A DNA stretch of 64,000 bases. It comes from Alphaproteobacteria bacterium. Lineage in GTDB: Bacteria; Pseudomonadota; Alphaproteobacteria; Micavibrionales; UBA2020. The translations under genes and the position numbers were made by a program. The DNA is taken from positions 138,308 through 202,307 of the forward strand of contig JAIXUW010000292.1 in NCBI GenBank assembly GCA_027483355.1. Direction: 5' to 3'. Positions 10,965 through 19,753 of the stretch are shown here, one piece after another (position 1 is the stretch's first letter; every line of letters starts with the position of its first letter). The notes below the pieces were generated by a model. That model did not search any database. It saw only the letters and a list, made by a program, of their open reading frames with translations, and was not told the DNA's origin.

Positions 10965-11282
10965 ATGGACGCAGAAGACGGATTGGGAACGTACGATAGC
11001 GATTTGTACGACGAGGACGCCGTATCGTGCTTCTGCGATTTCTGCGGCGCCAAATGCGACTGTGGCCGGTGCCTAATTCGCCGGACGCCTTTGAAAAAGA
11101 GAGCCCATTGGTTCTACTTCATTGTATTGCTAGCTGTTCTTGGATTACTCGCAGGCGTGATCTACTTGGCCGTGACTCGCAATGTTCCCACTACAGCATC
11201 GAATGCAACTACGAGTACCCAAAAGAGATATCGGTTTTTGGCCTATCAACGCACCGAGTTTGACAATCTACGTATAGGCTAA
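10965..11282 (+). CDS. small single-pass membrane protein (105 aa)
   Basis: First ATG of the track ORF (context aacaaaatATG). Acidic N-terminus, CFCDFCGAKCDCGRC cluster, TM WFYFIVLLAVLGLLAGVIYLAV. Confidence 0.6.
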   Translation: MDAEDGLGTYDSDLYDEDAVSCFCDFCGAKCDCGRCLIRRTPLKKRAHWFYFIVLLAVLGLLAGVIYLAVTRNVPTTASNATTSTQKRYRFLAYQRTEFDNLRIG

Positions 11283-11399
11283 ATTTAAACAAGAACGCAA
11301 CGAAAGCGCGTTTTACACGTATCTGGCCTGGTACTTTCAGTAAATTGTACAATAACATTGTCGTTGTTAATAAGATCACACAAAAAAACAAGGAGGTTG

Positions 11400-12158
11400 A
11401 TGTTCTGTATTCCCAATTGTTTCTGTTGCTGTTCGCAAAGAGAGACGAGCTTGTCTCCAATCACGACGTTTATCGTATTCATATGCAAACTGGTCATCTT
11501 AGTGCTGCTCTTGATCGCGGCAATCAAAACAACGTCGTTAAATTCAACAGGCTCGCCTGCACAAGAGATAGCGGACATACTTCTTCAAAAAGTCGTGCTC
11601 AAAGAGGCTAACGCCACAATAGAAACAATTTTGAGTACTTCAAATGACACTATTGCAGAAATGGCTATTAATCTGTATCGTTTGGCCGTTCAGGCTGACA
11701 AATCCATTTTGAACCTCATTCTCGCGGCCGGCTTCATCCAAATCGTGCCTGTGGCCGCTATATTCATCGAACTCTACGATTACAATCAACAATGTGCTTC
11801 TGAGTCTGAAGTGCAAAAGGGAACGGCCAAACCTGTCCCGTTCGTCCGAACAAGTCTATTTCGCTTAATCTTTAGGCTATTCATCCAACTAACTATAATA
11901 GCATGTATTATATTTGCCGGAGCTTATTATCAACCAGCGAGCGCAACTTACTCAAAATCGGAAGAGTTTGCAAAAACATTGTTCACCGATGTTGCAAACT
12001 TTGTGAATAAGACCCAGAACGCAATTCAGAACCATGAACCTACATATGCACCAGCGGCAGCGTACCCGCTGGGCATCAACAAATTCAGTCTCCCGACTTC
12101 GACACTGGGACTCGTGTGGTCGGCAACGGCATTCACTATTCTATCATTCTGTGTATAA
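11400..12158 (+). CDS. multi-pass (about 4 TM) membrane protein (252 aa)
   Basis: First ATG of the track ORF (MFCIPNCFCCC). Hydrophobic segments: FIVFICKLVILVLLLIAAI, ILNLILAAGFIQIVPVAAIFI, LFIQLTIIACIIFAGAYY, LGLVWSATAFTILSFCV. Confidence 0.7.
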   Translation: MFCIPNCFCCCSQRETSLSPITTFIVFICKLVILVLLLIAAIKTTSLNSTGSPAQEIADILLQKVVLKEANATIETILSTSNDTIAEMAINLYRLAVQADKSILNLILAAGFIQIVPVAAIFIELYDYNQQCASESEVQKGTAKPVPFVRTSLFRLIFRLFIQLTIIACIIFAGAYYQPASATYSKSEEFAKTLFTDVANFVNKTQNAIQNHEPTYAPAAAYPLGINKFSLPTSTLGLVWSATAFTILSFCV

Positions 12159-12269
12159 AAGAAAACTTTTTTTTAAAAGTGAACTCTGAATTTCTACGGG
12201 TGCGGAGGTCGCAGGCTCGGGAAAAACCCGAACATAACAAGAACTTCCCCGGCGAGCACACGGAATCAC

Positions 12270-12470
12270 ATGGAGGCGTTCGGGTGGATCTTTCTTACTG
12301 TGCTTTTCATATTAAGCATTGGTTTCTGTGTGTGGATACTAATCTACTTTTGGAAAGGTAAAATAATAATCCAACCGCGGTGGCCATTTTTAGTCATCGA
12401 GCCGCTGGATCGCAACGAATATTTCCCACTTTCTGTTTATGACAATCCGAATGCTCAAGAAATAGCATAG
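12270..12470 (+). CDS. possible small TM protein (66 aa)
   Basis: ATG ORF with one strong hydrophobic segment (WIFLTVLFILSIGFCVWILIYFW). Short, with no other support. Confidence 0.35.
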   Translation: MEAFGWIFLTVLFILSIGFCVWILIYFWKGKIIIQPRWPFLVIEPLDRNEYFPLSVYDNPNAQEIA

Positions 12471-12658
12471 CCAATTTAGGAGATAAGATTCAAGCCGGCG
12501 CGCCGCTTCGCGCTGCGCTACGCAAAGCAGCGCTGCTTGGGTCCCTGCTCGGGGTGGCGCCGCCCACCAACGACGTTCGGTCCGGCGAGCGTTCTGGTTC
12601 AGTCTTCCTTTGCTCTCGCCTTTCTCATTATCCTTCACATCACTTCTCTGTTTTAACC

Positions 12659-13449
12659 ATGGCCGAATACGACAATTGGGACGAGGAGGACTACGGAACC
12701 CAGGTGCGCCGGTTTTTTTGTGCGCTTCTAAACTGTTCGGCGCCCGGGCGCTTACATTCTTTGTTCTCTCTTCACAGACATACAATGTTGCGGATCCTGA
12801 GTTCATTTTGCAATCGCACAACAATCTTTTGACCCTCGCAAACCCGCGCGCGGTGCGTTCATGTTTTTGTGCCGTTTGTTTTTTCCGGCCGCTTTGGCTC
12901 ACATTTTTCGCGCTCATAAAATTCTAGGACTTGTCTAATATTCGTTTGGAAGCTATCGTGCTCAATCCTAGCAATCAAACCGCTGGCTTGTGCATGCTAG
13001 CGCTCTACCGCGGTATTCAACTTTTCCGTGGCGCCTTCGAAGGCAACCTAGCCTTTGGCATTGAACTCTCTGTTACTTACCCATCTCTTCCCAACGTATT
13101 ATCTCGTACGGACCAGCAGCACACCACCGTTGCCAACATCAGAACTGCGATGCACGGTGCTCACATGGGCGAGATAGCCGAAAATTACATCTCCTCTCCG
13201 TTCGAGAATGTGAATCCTGTCAATCCATTTGATTATCAGCTGATTCGCTCTCATTACGACGATATGAGCTGCCGCGATCGTCTCTACGGCTACATTGTGA
13301 TTGCCAATCGCGACATGACTCCAAATGAGAAGGCTTTGGAAGAGGAATTTATGCATTCGACTTCCCGAATGAATTGCAGCAACCCTTTTGTTCACATTTG
13401 GGTCAACATGCACAATATTCAACGTTCTAATCGTCGTATTATCGTGTAA
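12659..13449 (+). CDS. three-exon gene, hypothetical protein (213 aa)
   Basis: Exons are 12659-12703, 12778-12852 and 12928-13449. ATG sits in an aaccATGG context. The introns start GTGCGC and GTGCGT, end CACAG and TCTAG, and keep the frame. Track ORF 12931..13449 starts at TTG, with no ATG until 12994. Product: MAEYDNWDEEDYGTQ|TYNVADPEF...ANPRA|DLSNIRLEAIV... Confidence 0.6.
12704..12777 (+). other. putative spliceosomal intron (74 nt, GT-AG)
   Basis: CAG|GTGCGC ... ttctctcttcacAG|ACA. T-rich interior with ttctaaa. Joins two in-frame exons. Confidence 0.6.
12853..12927 (+). other. putative spliceosomal intron (75 nt, GT-AG)
   Basis: GCG|GTGCGT ... cataaaattctAG|GAC. Joins exon 2 in frame to the ATG-less ORF 12931..13449. 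Confidence 0.6.
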
Positions 13450-13549
13450 TTTGAGTAAAAAACTCTTATCAAGCCACTCGGCCCCCTCGCTTTTTTCCTT
13501 TTCTTGTTTTTTTAGTACCGCCGCTAATTTGCTCCCACACGCCCCCAAA

Positions 13550-15016
13550 ATGCAATATCAATCTATAGTATCCGCAACCCAAGATCAGATTCGCGAAATG
13601 GAATCTCCAAACCCCAAAACGTCGGATAACTCACTGATTCTCTGCTACGATGGCCGCGGCGGTCAATTAGGAGTTGCAGAAAAGGTGGCACTGCGAGCCG
13701 TATCAAACTGGTCTGAGTATGGGGATATTATTCTCCAGGTGGCCGGCGGGAAGAAGTTTGGTTTTTACCGCGAGCTACTCGTGGCTTCTACGCCGTTTTT
13801 TGAAGCTCTCCTTCGAAATTTAGATGATTCAAAATGGAAAGATACCAGTGGCAAGTATACGAACGCAAAGGGCGTGGATATACCCGTGCTCACCTTTCCC
13901 GATTGGGACGCCGACATTGTAAAGGCTATTTTGCACTACCTCGTGTGCGACAGATTTCGTTACGAGTGCACTGATCAAGTTTACCAAGGCGTGCCAAAAA
14001 AGGACCTTGTCTTGGGGAAATTACACGAAATGGCGGAATTGGCGGGAATGCTGCAGCTTTCTAGCCTCGTAGAAATTGTCAAACGTGCCGTGTACAATCT
14101 TGATCCGACTTTGGTGAACAAAATCAAACAGTACGAGGACATGTGCGAAGAAGCGGAGAAAATGAAGCAGGAACTTCCAGTTGAAACCGCAAAAGCTTTG
14201 TTTTCGCATTTCTACAACCTACTCATGTGGAGTAATTATGGCGCAAAGGTTTTGCTCATTACCTGCTATAAAACTGGCGCGTTTCGCAATCTTGCTGTTT
14301 TAGACAGCTCAGGCAAATCAAATGCCATCAACACGCGCAGGCGAACGATAGTAGAGTGCTATCAAGACCTATCTCGCGTAAACCTTTCATCGTTTTTCAA
14401 AAACAGCGACGACAGCGTAAACATCAAATTGCCCATTGGTGTAATGCGTGTCATCGGAAAGTCGGGGTCTGGAGAGCGTGTCGTGACATCTTTTCAAATC
14501 GACCCGCTGTTTCCGGGTATGCCAGCGTGCACGCTGAGCATTGATGGAGTGGTTTCATACAATTCTCTAGGGTTGAAAACAACCGCTGAACTTTCAACAC
14601 CGTTTTTAGAGTTATATTCTACTTACACTAAAACTTTACGGTTGAAGGTTACTTGGACTGCCTGTGGAGCATCTCGACACATGACCTACAATTTCCCAAC
14701 TTCGAACAATACACAGAAGGTAGAAACATCGCTCACTCTGCCTTGTACTAATATCTACGAAGTTTATTGTCAGTGGATATGGCAACCACGTCCAGATGTT
14801 TTGGCCGAGGATAACCGGTTAAACCAGTCAGACCTCCCACTTCGCATTTACAATTCTTCAGCGGTCAAATACAAACCCCGATTGTATTTACATATACCTC
14901 AACGGTGGACAGGAGAAAATTCATTAGGCGTGCTCGACAACGACGACGCGTCGGACAGCGACGACGATGCAGATTCAGACTCTACGAAAAGGAGGAAATT
15001 GAATGATGTCGAATAA
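13550..15016 (+). CDS. BTB/POZ domain protein (488 aa)
   Basis: The ATG at 13550 (cccccaaaATG) avoids overlap with the upstream gene. BTB-like core: GDIILQVAGGKKFGFYRELLVASTPFFEALL...ADIVKAILHYLVCDRF. C-terminal SDSDDDADSDS plus KRRKL. Confidence 0.75.
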   Translation: MQYQSIVSATQDQIREMESPNPKTSDNSLILCYDGRGGQLGVAEKVALRAVSNWSEYGDIILQVAGGKKFGFYRELLVASTPFFEALLRNLDDSKWKDTSGKYTNAKGVDIPVLTFPDWDADIVKAILHYLVCDRFRYECTDQVYQGVPKKDLVLGKLHEMAELAGMLQLSSLVEIVKRAVYNLDPTLVNKIKQYEDMCEEAEKMKQELPVETAKALFSHFYNLLMWSNYGAKVLLITCYKTGAFRNLAVLDSSGKSNAINTRRRTIVECYQDLSRVNLSSFFKNSDDSVNIKLPIGVMRVIGKSGSGERVVTSFQIDPLFPGMPACTLSIDGVVSYNSLGLKTTAELSTPFLELYSTYTKTLRLKVTWTACGASRHMTYNFPTSNNTQKVETSLTLPCTNIYEVYCQWIWQPRPDVLAEDNRLNQSDLPLRIYNSSAVKYKPRLYLHIPQRWTGENSLGVLDNDDASDSDDDADSDSTKRRKLNDVE

Positions 15017-15018
15017 AT

Positions 15019-15888
15019 TTACTTTGTACACACAATAATTTCATCGGACTGAAATTCGGTCCTACACAAAGGACATTCGAGACTGGCGCTCTTGTTAACC
15101 AGTTCCTCCGTGCACGAATGACAAAGCACTTTGTGCCCGCAATGAAGTGGCATGATAAATGCTCTATTTGTCAGGCATACGACGCAGCCCTCTTCTTCAG
15201 ATTCGTCATCGTTCAACAATACGTCTTTGCTCTTGTCCGTTAGAGGCTTTTTGACAGGCTCTTTGAACGCGTCCGGGCCAGGTTGTTCGTATTCGGAATC
15301 GTCGTCATTATTATTCCCATCATCGTTGCTAGTCTGCTGTACCGTCCAAGGCCCCAATTGAATTTGCCCTTCTGTACTCGATGTTGAAAAGCCATCGGGA
15401 GAAAGATGGTGGTGTTGCGCGTTCGAGTCGAAAACAACCGACCCAATGCTGTTGGAACTGCCTTGTACTTGTACTCGTATAGGAGTGCTACCAAAAAAGT
15501 TGTGGATTGTTCCAATCTTGTTTCCGTTGTGAAGCTCGACCGAAGTGCCCCATGGTTCTTGTTTTACAACGAGGCCCTGTGGCGTGGATGAACTGTCGTT
15601 CAAACCCGCGGCAGCTAAACCTTTGTAGCGTTTGCCATATAACTGGGCTCTGAGAGCGTATAATTTGCCTCTCTCCACGTATAATTTGGATCGCGCGTCG
15701 TAGATTCGAGAACGCTTATCGTACGCTCTGGCTCTCAAATCATACAAACTTTGTCTCTTTGACAAATCTTTTTCTATGCTTGCCAATGTGGAATACGCGG
15801 CGGCTTCGTCACTCATTGCACCTGCATCATCGTTAAGAGCGCAAATTTGATTTTGCAAATCGTCCAGTTTTTTGACCACCTCCTCCAT
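15019..15888 (-). CDS. C-terminal RING (C3HC4) finger protein with heptad-repeat region (289 aa)
   Basis: CVVCLTNRAFIMPLHCGHKVLCHSCTEELVNKSASLECPLCR fits C-x2-C..C-x-H-x3-C-x2-C..C-x2-C. Six consecutive heptads x[LAI]YxxRx at aa 47-88. Its stop is 2 nt from the stop of the convergent BTB gene. Confidence 0.85.
   Translation of the reverse strand: MEEVVKKLDDLQNQICALNDDAGAMSDEAAAYSTLASIEKDLSKRQSLYDLRARAYDKRSRIYDARSKLYVERGKLYALRAQLYGKRYKGLAAAGLNDSSSTPQGLVVKQEPWGTSVELHNGNKIGTIHNFFGSTPIRVQVQGSSNSIGSVVFDSNAQHHHLSPDGFSTSSTEGQIQLGPWTVQQTSNDDGNNNDDDSEYEQPGPDAFKEPVKKPLTDKSKDVLLNDDESEEEGCVVCLTNRAFIMPLHCGHKVLCHSCTEELVNKSASLECPLCRTEFQSDEIIVCTK
15025..15030. terminator. palindromic TGTACA at a convergent gene junction
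   Basis: 9 nt after the stop of 13550..15016. It lies inside the last codons (CTK) of the RING gene. Confidence 0.3.
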
Positions 15889-16070
15889 AATGCTCGGAAT
15901 TGTGTGACGTGAACAAATATAACGTTCTTTGTGTTTAAACGCGCGGGGTTGGGGTTGCGGCGAGGGGGAAGACGTTCAAATTGCCCGCATAGAGAAATTA
16001 AAAAACGCATCTTTTGTTTTCGAGTGACTAAAAATCTAGGAGAGCAGTCGTGAGTCGCGAGTAAAAAAAA

Positions 16071-17330
16071 ATGGAGCGCGACGACGACGACGCGATGGAG
16101 GTCGATGCTGATTTAGAACCTCAATACAATTGGGGGTTCACGATATCGAAAAAGAGCCATGGTTATTTAGCATATGCTGACTTGGCGGCGCAACAAAACT
16201 TTGATTTTGCGGAAAACTCGGCAAAATGCTTGTTCCTGGACTCAATCACGCAACCCGAGTGGAAAGACGCTTTACATTACATGAGTAGATCGGAATTTGC
16301 AATTGAGCGTCTTAACGAAGCCCGGAAATGGAAATTCGACTCGATCACGTTCAAGGGCGTTGTCGACGGCCGCTTCTTTGAATATATTCGCGCCTCGAAT
16401 CTGCTACATAAACTGGCACGCTTCAAATTCATGCAGCTCTTTATGTGCAAATTCGAGAATTTTACGACACTGCGGTTCGAATACTTTTTGGAGTTCCTTG
16501 GCGCAATTGGCCCTAAATCGCTATACGTGGCTGATCCACACGACGGATTGACTGTTTCTTCAGAGTCTTACGATTTTCTGCGCCATTTGTTCCGAGAAAA
16601 GCACCCTGGGCTCGAGGAATTCCGGTTAGACTACGTTATGGCCGATTTACCTACCACGGCGACTGTGGTTCTTCTAGATGTCATACAAGCGTGCACCAAT
16701 CTTAAATCGTTTCAAATCAACTCTCTGATCCCGGAAAATAGATCAAAGGGCAAAGTAGTGTACTCTAAATTCGCGCTGCGTCAGAATTGCGCAGCCATTC
16801 TCGACAATTTGCTTCAAAATGCATCTCTTGCACGATTGCGATTGCCAGCCTGGTTTTTTGAAGAAGCCAGCGTGCTAAACAAGATTGCGTCGATCCCTGA
16901 CCTGCTCAAATCGAGAAACTGCACGATAGAGCACTTGACCGTGTTCTGGAGCGCCAATGACCATTCTAAATTGGACTTTTCGCAACAAGCAATGTCATTT
17001 TCGCCCATTCGAGTACTTGTGCTCAAGGGAAACACGCTACCGGAACTGGTGTCAAGTGCCGCGTTCCAAAACGGGAATGCCTTGCCCTCTGCGATTCGAT
17101 ACAGTCTCAGATCGCTTCAGTATTTCAACACGCAAATGTCGTTAGATCTGCTGAACATGTATGTCAGCCCAGGAGCGGTTCCGGGCAAAATAAGCGTCGT
17201 CGAGATTTTTAGGCGCAAAAATTTGAAGTCTAAGAAATTTGTTGTCACGAAAAACAAAGTTAGAAAAATCGTGCGCGAAGACGGGCAGGATACGGATAGC
17301 GACAATCCGCCGCCTTCCCAGTACTTGTAA
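16071..17330 (+). CDS. LRR-like paralog family member B (419 aa)
   Basis: aaaaaaaaATG start. Leucine-rich, RNI-like periodicity: TNLKSFQINSL, LQNASLARLRLPAWF, IEHLTVFW, IRVLVLKGNTLPEL. Motifs shared with 1670..2956 and 19923..21107. Confidence 0.8.
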   Translation: MERDDDDAMEVDADLEPQYNWGFTISKKSHGYLAYADLAAQQNFDFAENSAKCLFLDSITQPEWKDALHYMSRSEFAIERLNEARKWKFDSITFKGVVDGRFFEYIRASNLLHKLARFKFMQLFMCKFENFTTLRFEYFLEFLGAIGPKSLYVADPHDGLTVSSESYDFLRHLFREKHPGLEEFRLDYVMADLPTTATVVLLDVIQACTNLKSFQINSLIPENRSKGKVVYSKFALRQNCAAILDNLLQNASLARLRLPAWFFEEASVLNKIASIPDLLKSRNCTIEHLTVFWSANDHSKLDFSQQAMSFSPIRVLVLKGNTLPELVSSAAFQNGNALPSAIRYSLRSLQYFNTQMSLDLLNMYVSPGAVPGKISVVEIFRRKNLKSKKFVVTKNKVRKIVREDGQDTDSDNPPPSQYL

Positions 17331-17595
17331 ATAAGCATAATGTAAAACCAAAACGCAAAAAGAGGTGATCGCGCCGCAAGATTGAGATATATTGGCAATA
17401 AACACATAGCGTAACGATTATACACACAATGTAAATTGCAAATGCCCGAGTTGTACGGTGTAAAACCTGAATGTACTGGGGTATATTGTAACAGATGTTC
17501 CATTTGAATAACGAAGAATCTCGCATGCTGTGCACCTCCGGAATACAGACCGGATTTGGGGCCTTTTGTACCGCCCGGGACCCAGCCAATTTTTT

Positions 17596-18276
17596 TTGTG
17601 GTCTCGCGCGTTTGCTTGGTATTTTGTCATCGCACTAAAAAAAATGTAAAAGGAAGCGTTGCCGTGCCTGCGATAATGATGCAATTGCGTGTAAATTAGC
17701 GCCATTCTACCCCCTGTTTCAATCTGTGGTTCCGGTTCTGATTTTATCACAAGTGCACCCGCGGGTGTCTGCAGCGTTCTGTGTGACGTGTACTCAACTA
17801 AACAATGCACTCACTGTCGTGTAGGCTCCAGGGCCAATAGAGAACACTGCAAAGCCGGCACCGCCGACTCGACGGACGCTTCCGATTTTCTTTTGCGGTC
17901 TCGCGCCGTTTTAAACCACCCTGGGCGTTGCGCGGAAAACATTGTGGTCTCGCGCGTTGGGTTGAAATTTTGCTAACATGTCCAAAAAATGCAAAAGAAG
18001 CGTTGCCAGCTTAACTATCAAAGTACCTTGCAGCTAGTCACACAGCGCCGCACCTAGGATTCTTACAGCTTCTGTAGTTCGCCGCAAGGCCTCTTTCCGT
18101 GTCTACACGACCAAAGAGACTTTGGATTTTTTGTACAATTCTTTCTTACAACGTATTTGCATACGAGGACAATGCACTACACGGGATGCTAGACCGGCAG
18201 ACGCTTCCAGTTTTGATTTCGGAATCGCCTCCTTTTGAACAAGCCTCGGCGGCGCGCAAAAACATTGTGGTTTCGC
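17596..18276. repeat. degenerate ~340-bp tandem duplication punctuated by GTGGTCTCGCGCG
   Basis: Unit A 17596-17663 vs 17942-18007 (TTGTGGTCTCGCGCGTT...AAAAAATG[TC]AAAAG.AAGCGTTGCC, about 75% identity by eye). Unit B 17875-17953 vs 18200-18276 (GACGCTTCC...AAAACATTGTGGT[CT]TCGC). A variant 13-mer lies at 17895, and an inverted GTCTCGCGCC at 19461-19470. Confidence 0.75.
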
Positions 18277-18330
18277 AGGAGTAGTCGCGGTTCAAGTTTT
18301 TTATGATATACACGAGAGCAGGAGACACGT

Positions 18331-18639
18331 TCACAAATTCTGTCTTGCAATCTCGACTTCTCTTGACACGAAATTGAGAAGGCGCGCGAGAGGAAGATTG
18401 CCACTGTTGGCCGCGTTCCCGTTGCCCAACAAAATGACGCGCTCTAACATGTTGTAGAACTCCTTGAGATCAACCTTGTCTTTGTCGCCTTCAATGACGT
18501 GGAGGCGGCACAGAAGCCTGTTGATGGCAGCGTAGACGTTGGCGTTTTTTTCGGAGCAAATGGTCACCGTCTTCACGTCGTCCTCCGTTTTTTCGGTAGA
18601 AGTCAGAGTGAACGAAAAGTTGTACGTCTTGTTCGACAT
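18331..18639 (-). CDS. hypothetical protein (102 aa)
   Basis: First ATG (gtgtacaATGtcg) of a track ORF that begins at TTG. Isolated between two repeat-rich non-coding islands. Confidence 0.55.
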   Translation of the reverse strand: MSNKTYNFSFTLTSTEKTEDDVKTVTICSEKNANVYAAINRLLCRLHVIEGDKDKVDLKEFYNMLERVILLGNGNAANSGNLPLARLLNFVSREVEIARQNL

Positions 18640-18832
18640 TGTACACAATGCTTTCTCTTGAATTGTTAGACAGTAGCGACTGAAAACAGGAACGAGAACC
18701 GCCGGTTCGCGCCGCCGGCATTTTTTTTTGCGCGCAACTTTTTTTGTACTCGCCGGATAAAAAAATTATGTGTGCGGCCGTGTGTTAAAACTTATTCTAC
18801 TTTACTCACTTCAATCTGCTACACATTCCATT

Positions 18833-19405
18833 ATGGAATCAACATTTCAACTTGTTGAACTCTGTTTCTCGGCGCTGGAAAAGAGCGAAGGCGACTGCGA
18901 CGCCGCCGCGACTGCTCTGTTCGAAGCTCACGGAGACAAATACGGCGATCAAAATAGTCTCAAACTTCTTGCGTACACTTTGAAAACGGGATCCTCGCGA
19001 TTAAATGAAGCCTTGAAGCCGAAACGGCGTTTCCGTCGCAAGGCGGCGCAAGTGGAGCGCGCTTTCCATTGCCCGGTCGGCAATTGTATCAAGAGCTACG
19101 GAGAACTCGGTGCATTGAGAAATCACATGAGGATCAAGCATCAAAGCGCGAGTAAGAAGTACGGAAACAACAATGTGCTCAAAAAGGCAAGCGACGAGGC
19201 TGCTTCGCGACATTCTAAGAGTGCAGTCACTGTGTCCAAAGATCCCGAGCCCGAGTGCAAAGAAACTCAAGTTCAACTGCCTCCTGTTCAGAACATAGAA
19301 CGGTTTCTTTTGGAGCATCCGCGAATGGTGTGGCCTGTTCCCTTTGTTCATTCGGGCATGGAATACTTTCCATTGGAGCATTATCGTCACCCGATGTATT
19401 GTTAG
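18833..19405 (+). CDS. C2H2 zinc-finger protein (190 aa)
   Basis: First ATG (MESTFQL) of a track ORF that begins at GTG. Single finger FHCPVGNCIKSYGELGALRNHMRIKH (C-x4-C-x12-H-x4-H). Confidence 0.65.
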   Translation: MESTFQLVELCFSALEKSEGDCDAAATALFEAHGDKYGDQNSLKLLAYTLKTGSSRLNEALKPKRRFRRKAAQVERAFHCPVGNCIKSYGELGALRNHMRIKHQSASKKYGNNNVLKKASDEAASRHSKSAVTVSKDPEPECKETQVQLPPVQNIERFLLEHPRMVWPVPFVHSGMEYFPLEHYRHPMYC

Positions 19406-19563
19406 CAATATATGTCATGATTTATTCTAACATTTCGGTGTTTTGAGAGCTACCACCAGCGGCGCGAGACTTGTGTGCGAAAAAAATGGCAACGCGTCTG
19501 CGCTCGTCGGTTTTGATCGGCGGATGTTTTGAAATTGACTACTATAGTTTTCTGAGTCCGTTT

Positions 19564-19753
19564 AATCGAAATTGAATTTGACCGTAAAGAAAATCGATAG
19601 CGCCATGTGCAACAGGCGCAAAAACAGCCAGGGTGTGGGTACGTGCCGGACAGCTAGTTTCTGAAAGACTTTCCGGTTACCAGTCGAACGAAACTGGGCG
19701 GCTGCTGCAGGTGTCGCTATCGATTTTCTTTTAGGACAAATTCGATTTGGATT
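19564..19753. repeat. ~190-bp imperfect palindrome (56-nt arms, 77-nt spacer)
   Basis: Left arm 19564-19619 (AATCGAAATTGAATTTGACCGTAAAGAAAATCGATAGCGCCATGTGCAACAGGCGC) matches the reverse complement of 19697-19753 at 46 of 56 positions. A third copy is at 41719-41764. Confidence 0.85.

Noticed and set aside
11391-11402. Shine-Dalgarno-like AAGGAGG 4 nt upstream of the ATG at 11400 (and GGAAGGAG before 31979), suggesting a prokaryotic or phage origin
   Set aside because: Only two genes show it. The other starts have A-runs or Kozak-like contexts. GT-AG introns, RING/BTB/SET-MYND/TBC domains and NLS-like clusters all point to a eukaryotic expression system.
12390-12927. Track ORFs 12390..12917 (-), 12554..12832 (+) and 12610..12927 (+) in the 12.5-12.9 kb region
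   Set aside because: They have overlapping frames and Arg/Cys/Phe-rich compositions. The region is better explained as promoter plus exon 1, intron 1, exon 2 and intron 2 of the spliced gene 12659..13449.
17117-17810. Track ORFs (87-130 aa) inside the 17.3-18.3 kb non-coding island, and 57637..57912 and 58609..58905 in the 57.6-59.05 kb island
   Set aside because: They overlap one another in different frames, have poor composition, and coincide with the repeat units. The repeats explain the sequence better than coding does.
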